DNA from: a virus
Taxonomy: Duplodnaviria; Caudoviricetes
Length of the DNA: 54,068 nt
Strand: one strand, 5' to 3'
Virus record (IMG/VR): IMGVR_UViG_3300044825_001528
Coordinates: 1-54,068 of that record
Shown here: one piece after another, positions 1 to 11,146 of the stretch
Position numbering within the stretch: position 1 is the stretch's first letter
How the letters are laid out: each line of letters starts with the position of its first letter
Made by a program: the position numbers and the translations under genes
Notes under the pieces: model-generated
Databases searched by the model: none
What the model saw: the letters and a program-made list of their open reading frames with translations, nothing else
What the model was told of the DNA's origin: nothing

Positions 1-3000
1 ATTACTTATGCTTTCTTCATAAGCAGGCAGATAGTTGTATTCATACACTAATCCTGTGTTCGGGAATATATCAATGAATGTAGTGGTGTTGTTATCATAC
101 ACTGTATCATTTTGAACGCAGTCATCAGTATAGTCAAAAGTAGTTTCCGATATTTGTGCTGCCGTTGTGGCGCTGACTAACAGGCCATCACGCTCATTCA
201 TCTTGACTACTCTACCAAATTCGGCAATGCGAGAGTCAATATTATTGTAAATGATTTGCGTTTTTGTGTAGGGAACATAGTTTAATCTATTGAGCACAGT
301 TTGTGTTCCTGTTAGATCAATAATGTTTCCTATAACTTCTTCAGTATCGCTAATCACCGTGATGTACAGAACAGTATTACTTGCTGTTGCTACAATATTG
401 GTAGGAGTAGTAGAGTTTATAGTATCAGCAATGTATTGAGTATTGCTGGAGCTTTCTCCAAATTCAGCTAAATATCCGTCAATGAAAATTCTGTCCCCAA
501 TTTCAACAGTTGGGTTCAAGCAAGTTATAGATCCATAACGCTGCCCGCTGTTTACATATTGATACACAGACCCTTCCACGCCAGCAACTTGATTTACAGT
601 GTTCAAGTCATAGGGTGATCCAACCACTATATTTGAACCATAGCGATTAGTATCGGTTGATATTCCAAACAGTGCTCCAGTTTGTGGATTATCTGTCTGT
701 AATCGTTGCTGTAGCTCTACCTCATTATAACTTACAAGTATGATTGCTCCATCGCTGGGTGGAGTAGTGAATGTCACCGTTTGAAAATCAGTAAGAGTAT
801 AATCATTGGTCAGCACACTGTTGACATAGACATCAAATTGATTAGCCGTTAGTACTCCATTGACTCCAAAATCACTGGTGTTGCCGTCGCCAACAAATCG
901 TTGATATTTGCGACTGTAAACATACGCGACGCCAGCATCATTGAGTCCATTGATTGACTCATTAGGTGCGCCAACAACTAACTTGACACCATCAATACTG
1001 GTAGCCAATGAATGCGCCCATCCGATATTTGTTGCTGGTGCCGCTAATATTGCTGGATCACCGTATTGACCAGTGATGTTGTCCAAATGTCTGATCTCTA
1101 CTTGACCAGCTTGTTGCTTGCCGATGTAGAGCCAGTTTCCATCGTTGCTAACAGCAATGCTGCTTATGATGTCTGTTGATGGCACAACTGATATTGATTG
1201 CGCCAACAATGTTAATCCAAAACTGTCTATCTCATAGTAGTGTACAGTACTGTTGCTTGCGATATACAGCCCGCTCTTGACCACTACAATCTTTGAGCCA
1301 AACCCAGCATCACCAGTAAGCGTGGTTACTGATCCGTCTCGGTCAATGTAGACAGTATTGGTTGTGCTGTTGCCTACTATTGTTCCAATGCGACTGTCAT
1401 ATGCTACTGCTGTACCAAGATTTGGTGATTGTGACAGTGATAGATTGACCTCTTCAAACACAGGACTTGATCCCCATACTGCCCAGTTGCCGTCGGTGTC
1501 ATAATCAACCCACTGACGAGTTGAGTATAGATCAATGACAGGATAACTGCTGCTGGCTATGTCGCTGGCCTGTGTGTATCGTGCGCTAACGAATCGCATT
1601 GCTATGCCGTTGCCCGCTATAACGGTCGTTGTTGATAGCAACAAATCAACAACCACCGAAGTCAGGCCACTAACGCTCTTTACACGATAGAATCCGTTGA
1701 TCAAGCTATCAAAACTTGAGATAGCAAATGGGTCGTTAGCAGATAAGTTGTGTGCTCCACTAAAGTTGACGGTGACGGTATTGTTCTGATTGTTGACTAT
1801 GCCAACTACTTGTACACCTAAACTCTGTGCTGTTAGTACTGCCCAACTGCTGTCATACTTGGCGATCCAAATGTTGTCACCAGCATACAGTGTGTCAATA
1901 GTTGTAGTGTCATCGTTTAGATTCTCATATTCAAACACATAGAACTTGACATCGCGCTTGTCAACATAACCAGCAGTGGGTAGACCCACTTCAGTTGTGT
2001 ATGGCAAGGTGTACTTGGGCAAGAAGCTCTGACTTGTAGGAGGACGCTCCCAGTTGATTAGTTGTGATAGCAACACTGTCTGATTGGCTAGAGCTATGTT
2101 GCCGCTGCTACTAAATCCAAGTAGTGTTGGGTTACCTGTGAGCAAGTGTTGATTCAGTTCTGCCTCTACATAGTTGCTGTTGAGAACTTTTCCAAAGCTG
2201 GCGCTGTTGATAGCCCAGTTCTCGTAGATGTCGTAGTTGATAGCACCCTGATCAAAGTTGGCGTTCTTGAAGCCCTCTGCTATCTGTACAGTGCCCTTCT
2301 CCTTGATCAGGTTCTTGTAGACATTGATCTGGGTGATGTCAGACAAATCTGCGGCAGTCATATACTCGCGTGGACGATAGCCAATCAAGCTGAACGATAA
2401 CTGATCAGCGTCAAGCTCAAGATTGGCTCTGTTGGTGTCGTAGTAGTACTGACTCTCTGCTGCCATAGTGCTTGGGTTAGGAAGCAGTCCACGCTTGATC
2501 TGATCGTAGTCAACTCTCAACCACAAGTTGGTATCAAACTCCAAGCTGGGTTCTATCAGTGTGCTTGCTACCCAGTATAGGCTCTTGTACAGCACAATGC
2601 TGCCCTTGGCATACTTGAGATTGCTCTGCCATTCCTGTATGTTGTTCTCGTTCAGTATGAAGCCTGCGGTGTCAACGAATCCAGACCATAGTGCCGTCTT
2701 GTACCCCTTGAGTAGCAGTCGTGGCTGACGCAGACCAGTGATCAAGTTGTAGATCACATCGTTGAACACGCTACTATTGTCAAACACGATTGCGTGCTCC
2801 ATACTGCTCAAGTTTAGACTGGTGTAGCTAACAGTGTCACCGTCGTTTAGCACCTTGATGCTGAAACTCTCGTTCTCACGAATCACGGCACTGTTCTGAC
2901 TCTGTATCGGTATCAGGTTCTGATTCAGCACAAAGTTCTGATCCTGTATGGTCAGTGGCTGAACAACCAGTCCAGGTCTGTACACTGTGAAGTACTGTGC

Positions 3001-6000
3001 GTTAGGGTTCAATGCTATGACACTGCCAACATCCCAGTCCTGCTCGCTCCAGGCCAAGAACTCCTGTATCATCCGATCCCAGTCGTACACTATGCCCTCA
3101 CTGGAGTTCTCAAACACTGCGCCCTGTTGTATCAGATAGTGCCCATAGTTGTTCAAGAAGTCAGCCACCGTGTCGCGACCATATAGCAGTGCTCCATAGG
3201 GCACTATGTACTCGCGATCAGTGTACCAGTCGTTCCAGACCTTGACTGTGGTTCCATTGACGCTGATGTTTCTATACAGTCCATTCTGCTTGGGTTGTGC
3301 CAGTGTAAAGTACTGACGGTTCACGCTGTTGCCCCATACTCTCCAACCGTTAGCATCACGCTGTACGATCACGCTGCTGTAGTATAGCTGCTCCTCTGGT
3401 GGATTGTCGTATAGCAGCACCGCATAGCTCTCATCTGGTACCAAGAAGCTGGTGTTCTTGCTGTTGGGAGTAGCGCGCTCAATATAGAACTTCAAGTAGT
3501 CCTTGGCACTGAACCCAGCCATATTGTAGGTCAGTCGCACATCCATATTCTGTAGCAGTGTGCTCACTGTTTCGTAGCCGCTCAAGTTGCGAATATTGAC
3601 ATAATCAACTATCCAGTTGATGTAGCTGTTCTTGGCAGTACCGTTGCCATAGATCTGTAGCGTTCTGCTATCCAAGTGATAGCGATTGTTGTACAGATAC
3701 TGGTTCAGTACGGTGTTGAACTTGTACAGATCCAGATCGGCGAACAAGTTGAAGAACTTGGCTGGCTTGGTCAGTGCCAGTACGCGCATCAGATCAAACG
3801 GCCAGGTGCTGCTCTTGATGTAGCTGCTCTCGGCTGGAGCAACATCACCAACACGCCAGTCACGATTGAAGGTCAAGCGATTGTAGTTGCCTACTATGAC
3901 CTCAAACGGGTTCAATAGTTCACCCGCACTGTTCACTGGCAGTATGTCAAGCAGTTCTGGACGCTCACGCTGTGTATCAACATAGCTGTCACCGTCGTTC
4001 CAGATGTAGCCCTGTGCTATCTCGTTCCACATATAGGTGTTGCCACTGGTGTATGGAGCAGCACCGTAGCGACTGTCCCACCAACTTGGCTTCACTGATA
4101 GACCCAGCATCTCCCAGGGTGCGGTATCGGGGCTATCAGTGTCGTATAGCCAACGATAGATACCACGCCAGTAGCCCTGCTGTAGTGCTGTGTTGGATAG
4201 CTTGTTGCTGCTCTGGTTGTAGTTGTAGCTGAATGGGTTGGCTATGTTGTAGACCTGGGTCTTGTAGTCAATCCTATTGGCACCCACCCAATTTAGAAAC
4301 TCGGTGCTGTAGATGTCAAGGATCTCACTGTTGCTGTAGTCAGTGCTGCGAAACTGCCCTGGAGCCACATCGGCCCAGATCAAGGGTATGTCACCTCCTG
4401 TCTTGATGTTGTTGTAGATGCGTGTCTCAAACTCTAACAGAGCTATGTCTCTGAAGTCAACAAGCTGTCCATCCACATAGGGTCCGTACAGCTTGTTGTA
4501 GCTACCATCGTGACCGCGTATGAAGTAGGTCGCTGGTGTGTAGCTAGTATCGTAGACCACTGCGGGCACATAGGCAGGGTACATACCCATACTGCTTGGA
4601 GTGCTTGGGCAGTAGCTGCCATAGGTCTGGTTGTACTCCTTGACGGTCAGTGTATCACCAGCAACGATTGGATAAGTCACAGTCACACTGGCTGCTATCG
4701 GGCTGACCACATAGTCAACGCCGCGAACCAACTGTTTGGTTCTGACTACGCCATTGATCGTGCGTGACAGATACAGTGCGACCGCATAGTAGTTGGCACT
4801 GTCAGTTGTATAGACACGATCCAAGGTGAAGATGGCAGTAGCAGGGGCAGCACCGAATGTGTAGGTGTTGGTGATGAACGGGCTGCCACTGAACAGCGTG
4901 TCAGTCCAGAAGAAAGTAGTGCTGTTGCTACGAGTAGTTGTAATCTCATATATGATGCTGTCAAGTATTTCGGCTGGACTGTTGATGATGCTGTAGTCGT
5001 TTTTGAATGCCAAGTCAACTATCAGGCTCTTGTAGATGTTGTACTGGTCACGGTTGTACTGTAGAGCACTAAAGAAGTTGACCTGTGGCTTGCGTAAGAA
5101 CAGACCAGGCAACACCAAGCTGGCGCTGTTCTGTATGATGCTGGTACCGTAGCTGTTCAGATTGCCCAGGTCGTGTATGTTGTTGTCACCGAACAGTGGG
5201 CCAGTGACGCCTGGAGCGTTGCTGTAGATTGTCTGGTACTGGTTTCGGATGTCTCCAACATCAACAGTGGTGATGTTGGTGTTGAACGGGTTGCTCTGTA
5301 GGTTGCTTGGAATCTGATAGAAGGCAGTAGCACTGACACTGTTGCTGTAGACCAACACAGTGACCTTGGTGTCAATGCCGACTTGTGCTGCCAGCGTGAC
5401 GGTAGTTGTGCCAGCAACAGTATCAACAGTGACTGTGAACTCATCACCGTTCAGTGCTGTGTCATTGACATAAACCTGTACAGGAGTCCAAGCTGTATCC
5501 GCATCAGCAACAGCAGGAACATCACAGACCACTGTGTTAGTTGGGGTAGTAACGGTGAACTCAAAGGTCTGGTACTGTATGCTTGGAGCAGCAGCGTTGA
5601 CCCAGCCTGAGAGCAGTTCGTAGGTTGTTGGGCTTGTATTGTTGTGTACGAACCCAATATTGATTGCCTGCTCAACGATATCATTGGTAGGAGTCTTGTA
5701 GCTGAAGGTGTCAGTGTTCATATTCACCGTGAAGCTGATGTCCCCGATGTTGGTCACGCTGCTGTAGGTGATAGAGAAGCCCAGCACTGGGTCGTTTGGA
5801 CCACTGCCTGGTGTGTAGCTGAACAACTTGGTGCCGGCAAAGGTGGTGCCACTGTACACAGTGCTGTTGCCTATGCTGATACCCTGGCTGTCATAGATGT
5901 CGAACAGTGGTGCCTGATTGATGGTGGTTTTTAGTTGACACTGCGACCAAGTTTCAGTGTCAACTGTCCAGCGCCAAGTAGTACCCAACCATTCGGAACC

Positions 6001-7185
6001 ATTGAGAACACAGAACTGACTGTTGTTGATAATAGTTGCGCCAGCATCTGTCAGGGCAATCACATCACTGCCACCAGGGCCTGCTGGCACAATGTTGACC
6101 GTGTATACATTCTTACGCACTGACAAATTAGTATCAGCCGCAAATACTATGGTATCGTCCTGCTTCAGCGTGTATCCATCTACTACATAGCTTGCTTGTC
6201 CCTCAATAGTTGTAAAGGCATTAGTTGTTACCGTGTCTAATACAGTGATAGCACCGACACTGTTGTTACCGCTGTTCCATAGCTGTAGATTGCCTCTAAA
6301 CTCAAGTATTGGTCGCAGTGCTCTGGTAACAGGGTTGCTGTTCTCACTGGTTACTGAACCAAGTGCTGTAGTTGTAGTGTCAAGTACATCCTGATGGAAC
6401 CAGCGATTGCTGCGAGTCCAAGCATTATTATCGCTGCTGTTTCTGCTGATTGTCAAGTAATCTGGGTTCACACTTGCCAACAGAGTAGCGTCCCAAGCAA
6501 CTACATCCCAGGGCTCTGCGTCCCATAGTCCATACACGGCGCTACCACTTGCCTCTGGCACCACAAAGTTACCAACGGGTAGCAACACTATGCTGGTACC
6601 AACTCCCTCTACATAGTACTGATTGCCACTATAACTGCTGGGCTCAACAGTTCCAAACTCAACTTTCAGACCGTTGGTGAACTTGATAGCATTGCTGCTT
6701 GTGTACTGTTGCTGTCCCAGTATATCATTGATAGTTCCACTGACAACTACTGGCACGGCATCTGGTCCAAGTGGTATCCAATAGTATTGAGCGTAGTTGA
6801 CTATCTTGTCGTAGTCAACGAACGGGTCCCAACTGTAGAAGTCGTTCTCAAACAATCTGTTCTGATTGTTGACTATGGAACCCTGGTTCTTCAGTGCCTG
6901 TACGATTCCTGGGTAGCTGATAAAGTCCTGTGCTGTCTGCGTCTCTGGTTTCAGAAACACTACACTGGGATCAAGTTGATAGTCAGTGCGAGATTTAGTT
7001 GGCTCTACAACATATTTGTCCCAAGGATCAACGCCATTGCCATATTTGTTGCCAATGAAACCCTCAACACGAGCAAGTTCGGGCTGCTGTGTGAGTACAT
7101 CCAAGCTGGCAGCCAAGAACTGCTTGTTGGTGTCGGTTCTAAAGATCTCGGGTAGAAAGTCAACTGTTCTTACTTTGGTCACCAT
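1..7185 (-). CDS. Giant baseplate/virion structural protein (>2395 aa, gp7-like position), runs off the left edge
   Basis: ATG at 7185 (MVTKVRTVDFLPEIFRTDTNKQFL) just after the gp6 stop. Spot-checked frame is open, and the ORF track lists no stop-terminated ORF in this frame, implying it is open to base 1. Contains GYWRGIYRWLYDTDSPDTAPWEMLG and FG-GAP-like propeller repeats (WAHSLATSIDGVKLVVGAPN). Confidence 0.85.
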   Translation of the reverse strand, partial: MVTKVRTVDFLPEIFRTDTNKQFLAASLDVLTQQPELARVEGFIGNKYGNGVDPWDKYVVEPTKSRTDYQLDPSVVFLKPETQTAQDFISYPGIVQALKNQGSIVNNQNRLFENDFYSWDPFVDYDKIVNYAQYYWIPLGPDAVPVVVSGTINDILGQQQYTSSNAIKFTNGLKVEFGTVEPSSYSGNQYYVEGVGTSIVLLPVGNFVVPEASGSAVYGLWDAEPWDVVAWDATLLASVNPDYLTISRNSSDNNAWTRSNRWFHQDVLDTTTTALGSVTSENSNPVTRALRPILEFRGNLQLWNSGNNSVGAITVLDTVTTNAFTTIEGQASYVVDGYTLKQDDTIVFAADTNLSVRKNVYTVNIVPAGPGGSDVIALTDAGATIINNSQFCVLNGSEWLGTTWRWTVDTETWSQCQLKTTINQAPLFDIYDSQGISIGNSTVYSGTTFAGTKLFSYTPGSGPNDPVLGFSITYSSVTNIGDISFTVNMNTDTFSYKTPTNDIVEQAINIGFVHNNTSPTTYELLSGWVNAAAPSIQYQTFEFTVTTPTNTVVCDVPAVADADTAWTPVQVYVNDTALNGDEFTVTVDTVAGTTTVTLAAQVGIDTKVTVLVYSNSVSATAFYQIPSNLQSNPFNTNITTVDVGDIRNQYQTIYSNAPGVTGPLFGDNNIHDLGNLNSYGTSIIQNSASLVLPGLFLRKPQVNFFSALQYNRDQYNIYKSLIVDLAFKNDYSIINSPAEILDSIIYEITTTRSNSTTFFWTDTLFSGSPFITNTYTFGAAPATAIFTLDRVYTTDSANYYAVALYLSRTINGVVRTKQLVRGVDYVVSPIAASVTVTYPIVAGDTLTVKEYNQTYGSYCPSTPSSMGMYPAYVPAVVYDTSYTPATYFIRGHDGSYNKLYGPYVDGQLVDFRDIALLEFETRIYNNIKTGGDIPLIWADVAPGQFRSTDYSNSEILDIYSTEFLNWVGANRIDYKTQVYNIANPFSYNYNQSSNKLSNTALQQGYWRGIYRWLYDTDSPDTAPWEMLGLSVKPSWWDSRYGAAPYTSGNTYMWNEIAQGYIWNDGDSYVDTQRERPELLDILPVNSAGELLNPFEVIVGNYNRLTFNRDWRVGDVAPAESSYIKSSTWPFDLMRVLALTKPAKFFNLFADLDLYKFNTVLNQYLYNNRYHLDSRTLQIYGNGTAKNSYINWIVDYVNIRNLSGYETVSTLLQNMDVRLTYNMAGFSAKDYLKFYIERATPNSKNTSFLVPDESYAVLLYDNPPEEQLYYSSVIVQRDANGWRVWGNSVNRQYFTLAQPKQNGLYRNISVNGTTVKVWNDWYTDREYIVPYGALLYGRDTVADFLNNYGHYLIQQGAVFENSSEGIVYDWDRMIQEFLAWSEQDWDVGSVIALNPNAQYFTVYRPGLVVQPLTIQDQNFVLNQNLIPIQSQNSAVIRENESFSIKVLNDGDTVSYTSLNLSSMEHAIVFDNSSVFNDVIYNLITGLRQPRLLLKGYKTALWSGFVDTAGFILNENNIQEWQSNLKYAKGSIVLYKSLYWVASTLIEPSLEFDTNLWLRVDYDQIKRGLLPNPSTMAAESQYYYDTNRANLELDADQLSFSLIGYRPREYMTAADLSDITQINVYKNLIKEKGTVQIAEGFKNANFDQGAINYDIYENWAINSASFGKVLNSNYVEAELNQHLLTGNPTLLGFSSSGNIALANQTVLLSQLINWERPPTSQSFLPKYTLPYTTEVGLPTAGYVDKRDVKFYVFEYENLNDDTTTIDTLYAGDNIWIAKYDSSWAVLTAQSLGVQVVGIVNNQNNTVTVNFSGAHNLSANDPFAISSFDSLINGFYRVKSVSGLTSVVVDLLLSTTTVIAGNGIAMRFVSARYTQASDIASSSYPVIDLYSTRQWVDYDTDGNWAVWGSSPVFEEVNLSLSQSPNLGTAVAYDSRIGTIVGNSTTNTVYIDRDGSVTTLTGDAGFGSKIVVVKSGLYIASNSTVHYYEIDSFGLTLLAQSISVVPSTDIISSIAVSNDGNWLYIGKQQAGQVEIRHLDNITGQYGDPAILAAPATNIGWAHSLATSIDGVKLVVGAPNESINGLNDAGVAYVYSRKYQRFVGDGNTSDFGVNGVLTANQFDVYVNSVLTNDYTLTDFQTVTFTTPPSDGAIILVSYNEVELQQRLQTDNPQTGALFGISTDTNRYGSNIVVGSPYDLNTVNQVAGVEGSVYQYVNSGQRYGSITCLNPTVEIGDRIFIDGYLAEFGESSSNTQYIADTINSTTPTNIVATASNTVLYITVISDTEEVIGNIIDLTGTQTVLNRLNYVPYTKTQIIYNNIDSRIAEFGRVVKMNERDGLLVSATTAAQISETTFDYTDDCVQNDTVYDNNTTTFIDIFPNTGLVYEYNYLPAYEESISN

Positions 7186-7203
7186 CGTGTCTATTCCTAT
7201 CTC

Positions 7204-10200
7204 TTATACGCTACGCTGTAGTGCCTGTGGAGTCAAGGCGCTGATTACTATGATGTCGGTCACTGTTGCCCCATTGACAAAGATCTCGTTGGCGGCACTG
7301 CGTATCTCATACAGATCGCCAAAGGTTTGATTAGGGTCATTGGGCACTAACACCACACTGCTGATCAATCCTGCCAACTCAACGTGTAGATAGGCAGTGA
7401 GTTCACTGAAGTAGAAGGTGTCTCCGAAGTCCCACTTGTCAAGCGTGAAGTAGCTGTTCAGTGCTGCCAACACACTGCTGCGTATCTGACTATCGCTGGC
7501 AGTTGTTCCAACACTCTTGATCACTTTGATCTTACCCTGTAGAGCGGGACTGGCTTTGGTTCCAAACAGGGGCTTGAAGGTCACACTGTTCAGTACCACA
7601 CTGTCACTCAACATCTTGAAGTCGTCCACAGCATTGTACTGCTGCTGTAGTTCACTCATAGTTGGCTTTAGTGGTTCTGGTATTGTGCCTGTGCTGTCAT
7701 TGATCCAGTTCTGATACTGACTGTAGTAGGCTTGTGTGACCAAGTACAGATCAATGATATTAGTTGTTGCTGGATCTATTCTGGTTGTGTTGTTGCTGTT
7801 GTGTCTGTACTGAAAGTTGATGGTGCTACGACCAGTTTTTACAGTATAGTTGCTGCTGACATCATTTAGTAGTAGCACTGGAGGTGTTATGCCTATCTGC
7901 TGCTGTGTCTTGTAGAACTTGTTCTCACTAGTAGCATAGAACACTGTGCCTGCTGGGTACTCGTAGATCACATCCTCAATCTGACTTTGAATAGCATAAG
8001 CAGTAATAACCGCACCCTGCGGCAATAGTTGTTGTCTTGTCAACAGTTGTACATCATTGATCAACTCAAAGAACACATAGGCACCACTGCTTGTGCCAAC
8101 AATGTTAGTGAAGAAATCAGGATCAGTGGTCATATCGGTCACAGGATCAATACTGCTGACCTTGACCTGATAGTCATTGGGATAACCATCACTCAATGTT
8201 GGCTGTGCGGTCACATTGAGCACATAATCTACTCCCAGTGTTCCAGTCAGAGTAGGATTACTATTGGTTCTGATGATGTTCACAAAGTCACTCAACACTT
8301 GACCACTCTTGGGATCATACACACGAGCACTGGTATCAAACACAAATCTGACCTCACTGACGCTGCCAAAGTAGTAGTTGGTGTTGCGTATAGTGACCAA
8401 GTAGGTCTGATTGATACTGTTGTACTCAAACTTTACGAACCATAGGGCATCGTTGACTGGTCCAACAGACCAACGATTTTCCACTATGGTCTTGGCATTG
8501 TCATACACCAAGCTAAAGTTTTGTTCGTTTCTGATCAACTCAACTATGGAGTCAACTATCGTGCTATCCAGTGTGTTATCAAAGCTTGGTATGATTGCTG
8601 ATCCAAGAACTCCACTGCTAATAGTGGGATCAAGATATGCTCCAGTAGGAACATAACTATTCAGCGTAATCGGGCCAGTTCCATTGCTAAAGTTTCCACT
8701 GCCGAAGTTTTTACCATCTCCAACCACAGTGTCAACAGATACCCATATGCTCAACTTGTCTCCAGCATTCAAGTCGGGTATTCCAGTTTGTAATCTGTTG
8801 TTGCTGTCAAAGTATCTGGGTGCTCCTGTGACTGGATCAGGACTTGGCAAGAACTTTAGCAGTGCTCCACTGGTGATGTACTTCATTGTATACGCACTGG
8901 AAATACCACTGCTGACTGGTATTGTTCCTCCGCTTATTTTGATGTAGAAGTACCCATTGACATTCCTTCCATCTATTCCACTTGCGTTCCAGTAAGTGTA
9001 GTTGTCAACACTCTCTCCACCAGGATAATATCCAGTATAGCGTGGATAATGTTGTTGATAGTACTGTACTGCGGCTGTATCTGATAGCAACACACTCAAT
9101 GTTTGGCTCAAGAACTCCAGTGCTATGTTGATACTACTGGTGCTAAAGGTGACGGTTCCACTTTGATTGTCAGTGTATAGAGCACCGTCATCAGCAAAGA
9201 TGTTGGCACTGCTGTACTTGAATGTAGGATCAAGTAGGTCAAGATTTCTGCTGACTCCAATACTGCTGCGATTTACAGCAGTGCTCTTGATAATGCTGTT
9301 GTACAATGTGTATGGGAAGTTGCTGTAATCTTCGCCATTGACCATACGATTTTGAGTATAGTAGCGTGCGGGTGCTCGTTGCTTGATAGCTGATAGTGGC
9401 TCGCGCTGTAATGCAGTGCTAACTGTTGTTTGTAAACTCAATGTAATGGTCAGGGTCTCTATACGATTGGTTCTGCTTACATATGGAATGTTGACTACTA
9501 TGCCCTGCATCTCACTTGGGCTAATGGTATATGTCTGTGCGTTACCGCTACGAACATAAGCACGATACAGTCCAACAGGAACCTCACCAAATACTCCATC
9601 TCCAAACTGATATGTGACCTGATCATTGAACCTGCTGCCTACACTGAATACACGACGGGCATTATTTCCCTGTAGATTAGCATTGGCATACACAGTTTCT
9701 ACTTGTGTCCATAGATTTTGTATAGCGCCATTATCATCAAGTTGATATAGCCAAGTATCTGTATTGTTGATTCCTTGAATGTCTATGGGCTGAAGATTAT
9801 TTTGTATGGCTTCAGCAAATCTGAAATCATATGGCTGTAATGTTCCCTGTTTAAAGTAGAAGAAGAATCCAGTGTTGGGGCTTCCAAATCCAAGTTTATC
9901 GCTGCGATAGACCATATTGAATTGATTTGTTGGTGCTGGTGGCAATTCATACAAACTCTCACTATTCACACTGGTAACACTGACCAACTCAAAGTCCATA
10001 ATCAATGCATCTATTTCGGTTCTAAATGGTATAACAGGAAGTTGCTCTGGTGTGGAAATAGTGTACTCATCGGTTTTGATTCCAAGTATACTATTTGTGT
10101 TTCCTGGACGACCAACACGCTGATTGTTTACCAATGCAGCATTTATGATAGTATTGAACTGTTCCTGCCAGTTCTGATTAGCAGCATCATTCCACAGCAC

Positions 10201-10623
10201 GGTGACATTACTCAAATTGACACCATTGATATCAAGCACGCTTTCTGTTGTACTGATTGATTGAACTTTCAACAGTCCTTGGCCTGCTATATTACGCTTG
10301 GGTGTGTAGCTTACAAGATTAGCTAACTTGATTACACTGTCACGACGCTCGGCAGTATCAATAAAGTTCTCACGAGCGTTCAAGTCACCACGAAATGCCA
10401 GTGCTTGACCCATATAGGCGATCACATCAAGCAGTGCTACAAACTCACTACTCTCAATGTAATCGTTGAATGTTTCTGGGTAGTATGTGGTTAGATAGTC
10501 AATAAAGCTCTTACGCAGTGTATCGTAATCGTATGCCTGAAAATCTGCGTCACGATAGCTTTGATATAATCGCTTCCAATCTTGAAGCCCGAATAGAGCA
10601 CTTTGTCTGCTGCTTGTAGCCAT
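7204..10623 (-). CDS. gp6: Baseplate wedge subunit, T4 gp6-like
   Basis: N-terminal DFQAYDYDTLRKSFIDYL...ENFIDTAERRDSVIKLANLVSYTPKR, FGDGVFG and APARYYTQNRMVNGEDY; adjacent to gp25. Confidence 0.88.
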   Translation of the reverse strand: MATSSRQSALFGLQDWKRLYQSYRDADFQAYDYDTLRKSFIDYLTTYYPETFNDYIESSEFVALLDVIAYMGQALAFRGDLNARENFIDTAERRDSVIKLANLVSYTPKRNIAGQGLLKVQSISTTESVLDINGVNLSNVTVLWNDAANQNWQEQFNTIINAALVNNQRVGRPGNTNSILGIKTDEYTISTPEQLPVIPFRTEIDALIMDFELVSVTSVNSESLYELPPAPTNQFNMVYRSDKLGFGSPNTGFFFYFKQGTLQPYDFRFAEAIQNNLQPIDIQGINNTDTWLYQLDDNGAIQNLWTQVETVYANANLQGNNARRVFSVGSRFNDQVTYQFGDGVFGEVPVGLYRAYVRSGNAQTYTISPSEMQGIVVNIPYVSRTNRIETLTITLSLQTTVSTALQREPLSAIKQRAPARYYTQNRMVNGEDYSNFPYTLYNSIIKSTAVNRSSIGVSRNLDLLDPTFKYSSANIFADDGALYTDNQSGTVTFSTSSINIALEFLSQTLSVLLSDTAAVQYYQQHYPRYTGYYPGGESVDNYTYWNASGIDGRNVNGYFYIKISGGTIPVSSGISSAYTMKYITSGALLKFLPSPDPVTGAPRYFDSNNRLQTGIPDLNAGDKLSIWVSVDTVVGDGKNFGSGNFSNGTGPITLNSYVPTGAYLDPTISSGVLGSAIIPSFDNTLDSTIVDSIVELIRNEQNFSLVYDNAKTIVENRWSVGPVNDALWFVKFEYNSINQTYLVTIRNTNYYFGSVSEVRFVFDTSARVYDPKSGQVLSDFVNIIRTNSNPTLTGTLGVDYVLNVTAQPTLSDGYPNDYQVKVSSIDPVTDMTTDPDFFTNIVGTSSGAYVFFELINDVQLLTRQQLLPQGAVITAYAIQSQIEDVIYEYPAGTVFYATSENKFYKTQQQIGITPPVLLLNDVSSNYTVKTGRSTINFQYRHNSNNTTRIDPATTNIIDLYLVTQAYYSQYQNWINDSTGTIPEPLKPTMSELQQQYNAVDDFKMLSDSVVLNSVTFKPLFGTKASPALQGKIKVIKSVGTTASDSQIRSSVLAALNSYFTLDKWDFGDTFYFSELTAYLHVELAGLISSVVLVPNDPNQTFGDLYEIRSAANEIFVNGATVTDIIVISALTPQALQRSV

Positions 10624-10647
10624 ATCAGTTATAGTCCTATGATATAG

Positions 10648-10653
10648 TATTTA
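10648..10653 (-). promoter_or_regulatory. Late promoter (TAAATA) for gp6 and the giant protein
   Basis: GATAAATA on minus strand 24 nt upstream of the gp6 ATG; the motif recurs before most structural genes. Confidence 0.7.
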
Positions 10654-10683
10654 TCATAGTCTAAAACTGCTATTTTATTGACT

Positions 10684-11136
10684 TTATATTTGAGACACTG
10701 GTTGCGTCAATTGACTTTGTTTGTCTAATAGAAAACTAAAATCAACTGGATTGTTGAAGGGCTGAAATGCCATTTGAACTTCTATTAAAACTCCATTGTC
10801 CCAGGGATATGCAGCAACATTGTTGAGTATTATTCTAGTATCCTGACTAGCTATTCTGCGGACCTCGTTCTCTATACTATTAATTACTTCGGTAACATTT
10901 GGATCAAACACATAATCCCAAATAGTAGTACCATAATCAGGCTGCCCAACTTTGTCTCCCTGTCTGATATTAAATGCATTCAGAAAATCTCGCAATACCA
11001 ACTGCTCATCAACCAATCTAAACTTCTTTCCTATCTTGGGTTGTTGAGTAATAGTTCCAACACCATCTTGACCATATTGAGTTAATGATCTGCGTTGGTT
11101 TATTTCTTGTGTACTGAATCCGATGTATGTGGCCAT
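10684..11136 (-). CDS. gp25: Baseplate wedge / sheath initiator, gp25-like
   Basis: FNIRQGDKVGQPDYGTTIWDYVFDP...DTRI matches the GPW/gp25 pattern; lies between gp5-like and gp6. Confidence 0.88.
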   Translation of the reverse strand: MATYIGFSTQEINQRRSLTQYGQDGVGTITQQPKIGKKFRLVDEQLVLRDFLNAFNIRQGDKVGQPDYGTTIWDYVFDPNVTEVINSIENEVRRIASQDTRIILNNVAAYPWDNGVLIEVQMAFQPFNNPVDFSFLLDKQSQLTQPVSQI

Positions 11137-11140
11137 ATTA

Positions 11141-11146
11141 TATTTA
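11141..11146 (-). promoter_or_regulatory. Late promoter (TAAATA) 4 nt upstream of the gp25 ATG
   Basis: Minus strand GATAAATA-TAAT-ATG. Confidence 0.65.

Noticed and set aside
2146-8947. Many short plus-strand and off-frame ORFs
   Set aside because: They are shadows of the giant minus-strand gene and gp6, with no SD or motifs.
10660-10672. CAGTTTT upstream of some TAAATA boxes (also about 29506 and 51999) as a second promoter element
   Set aside because: Spacing is inconsistent and there are only three cases in AT-rich DNA.
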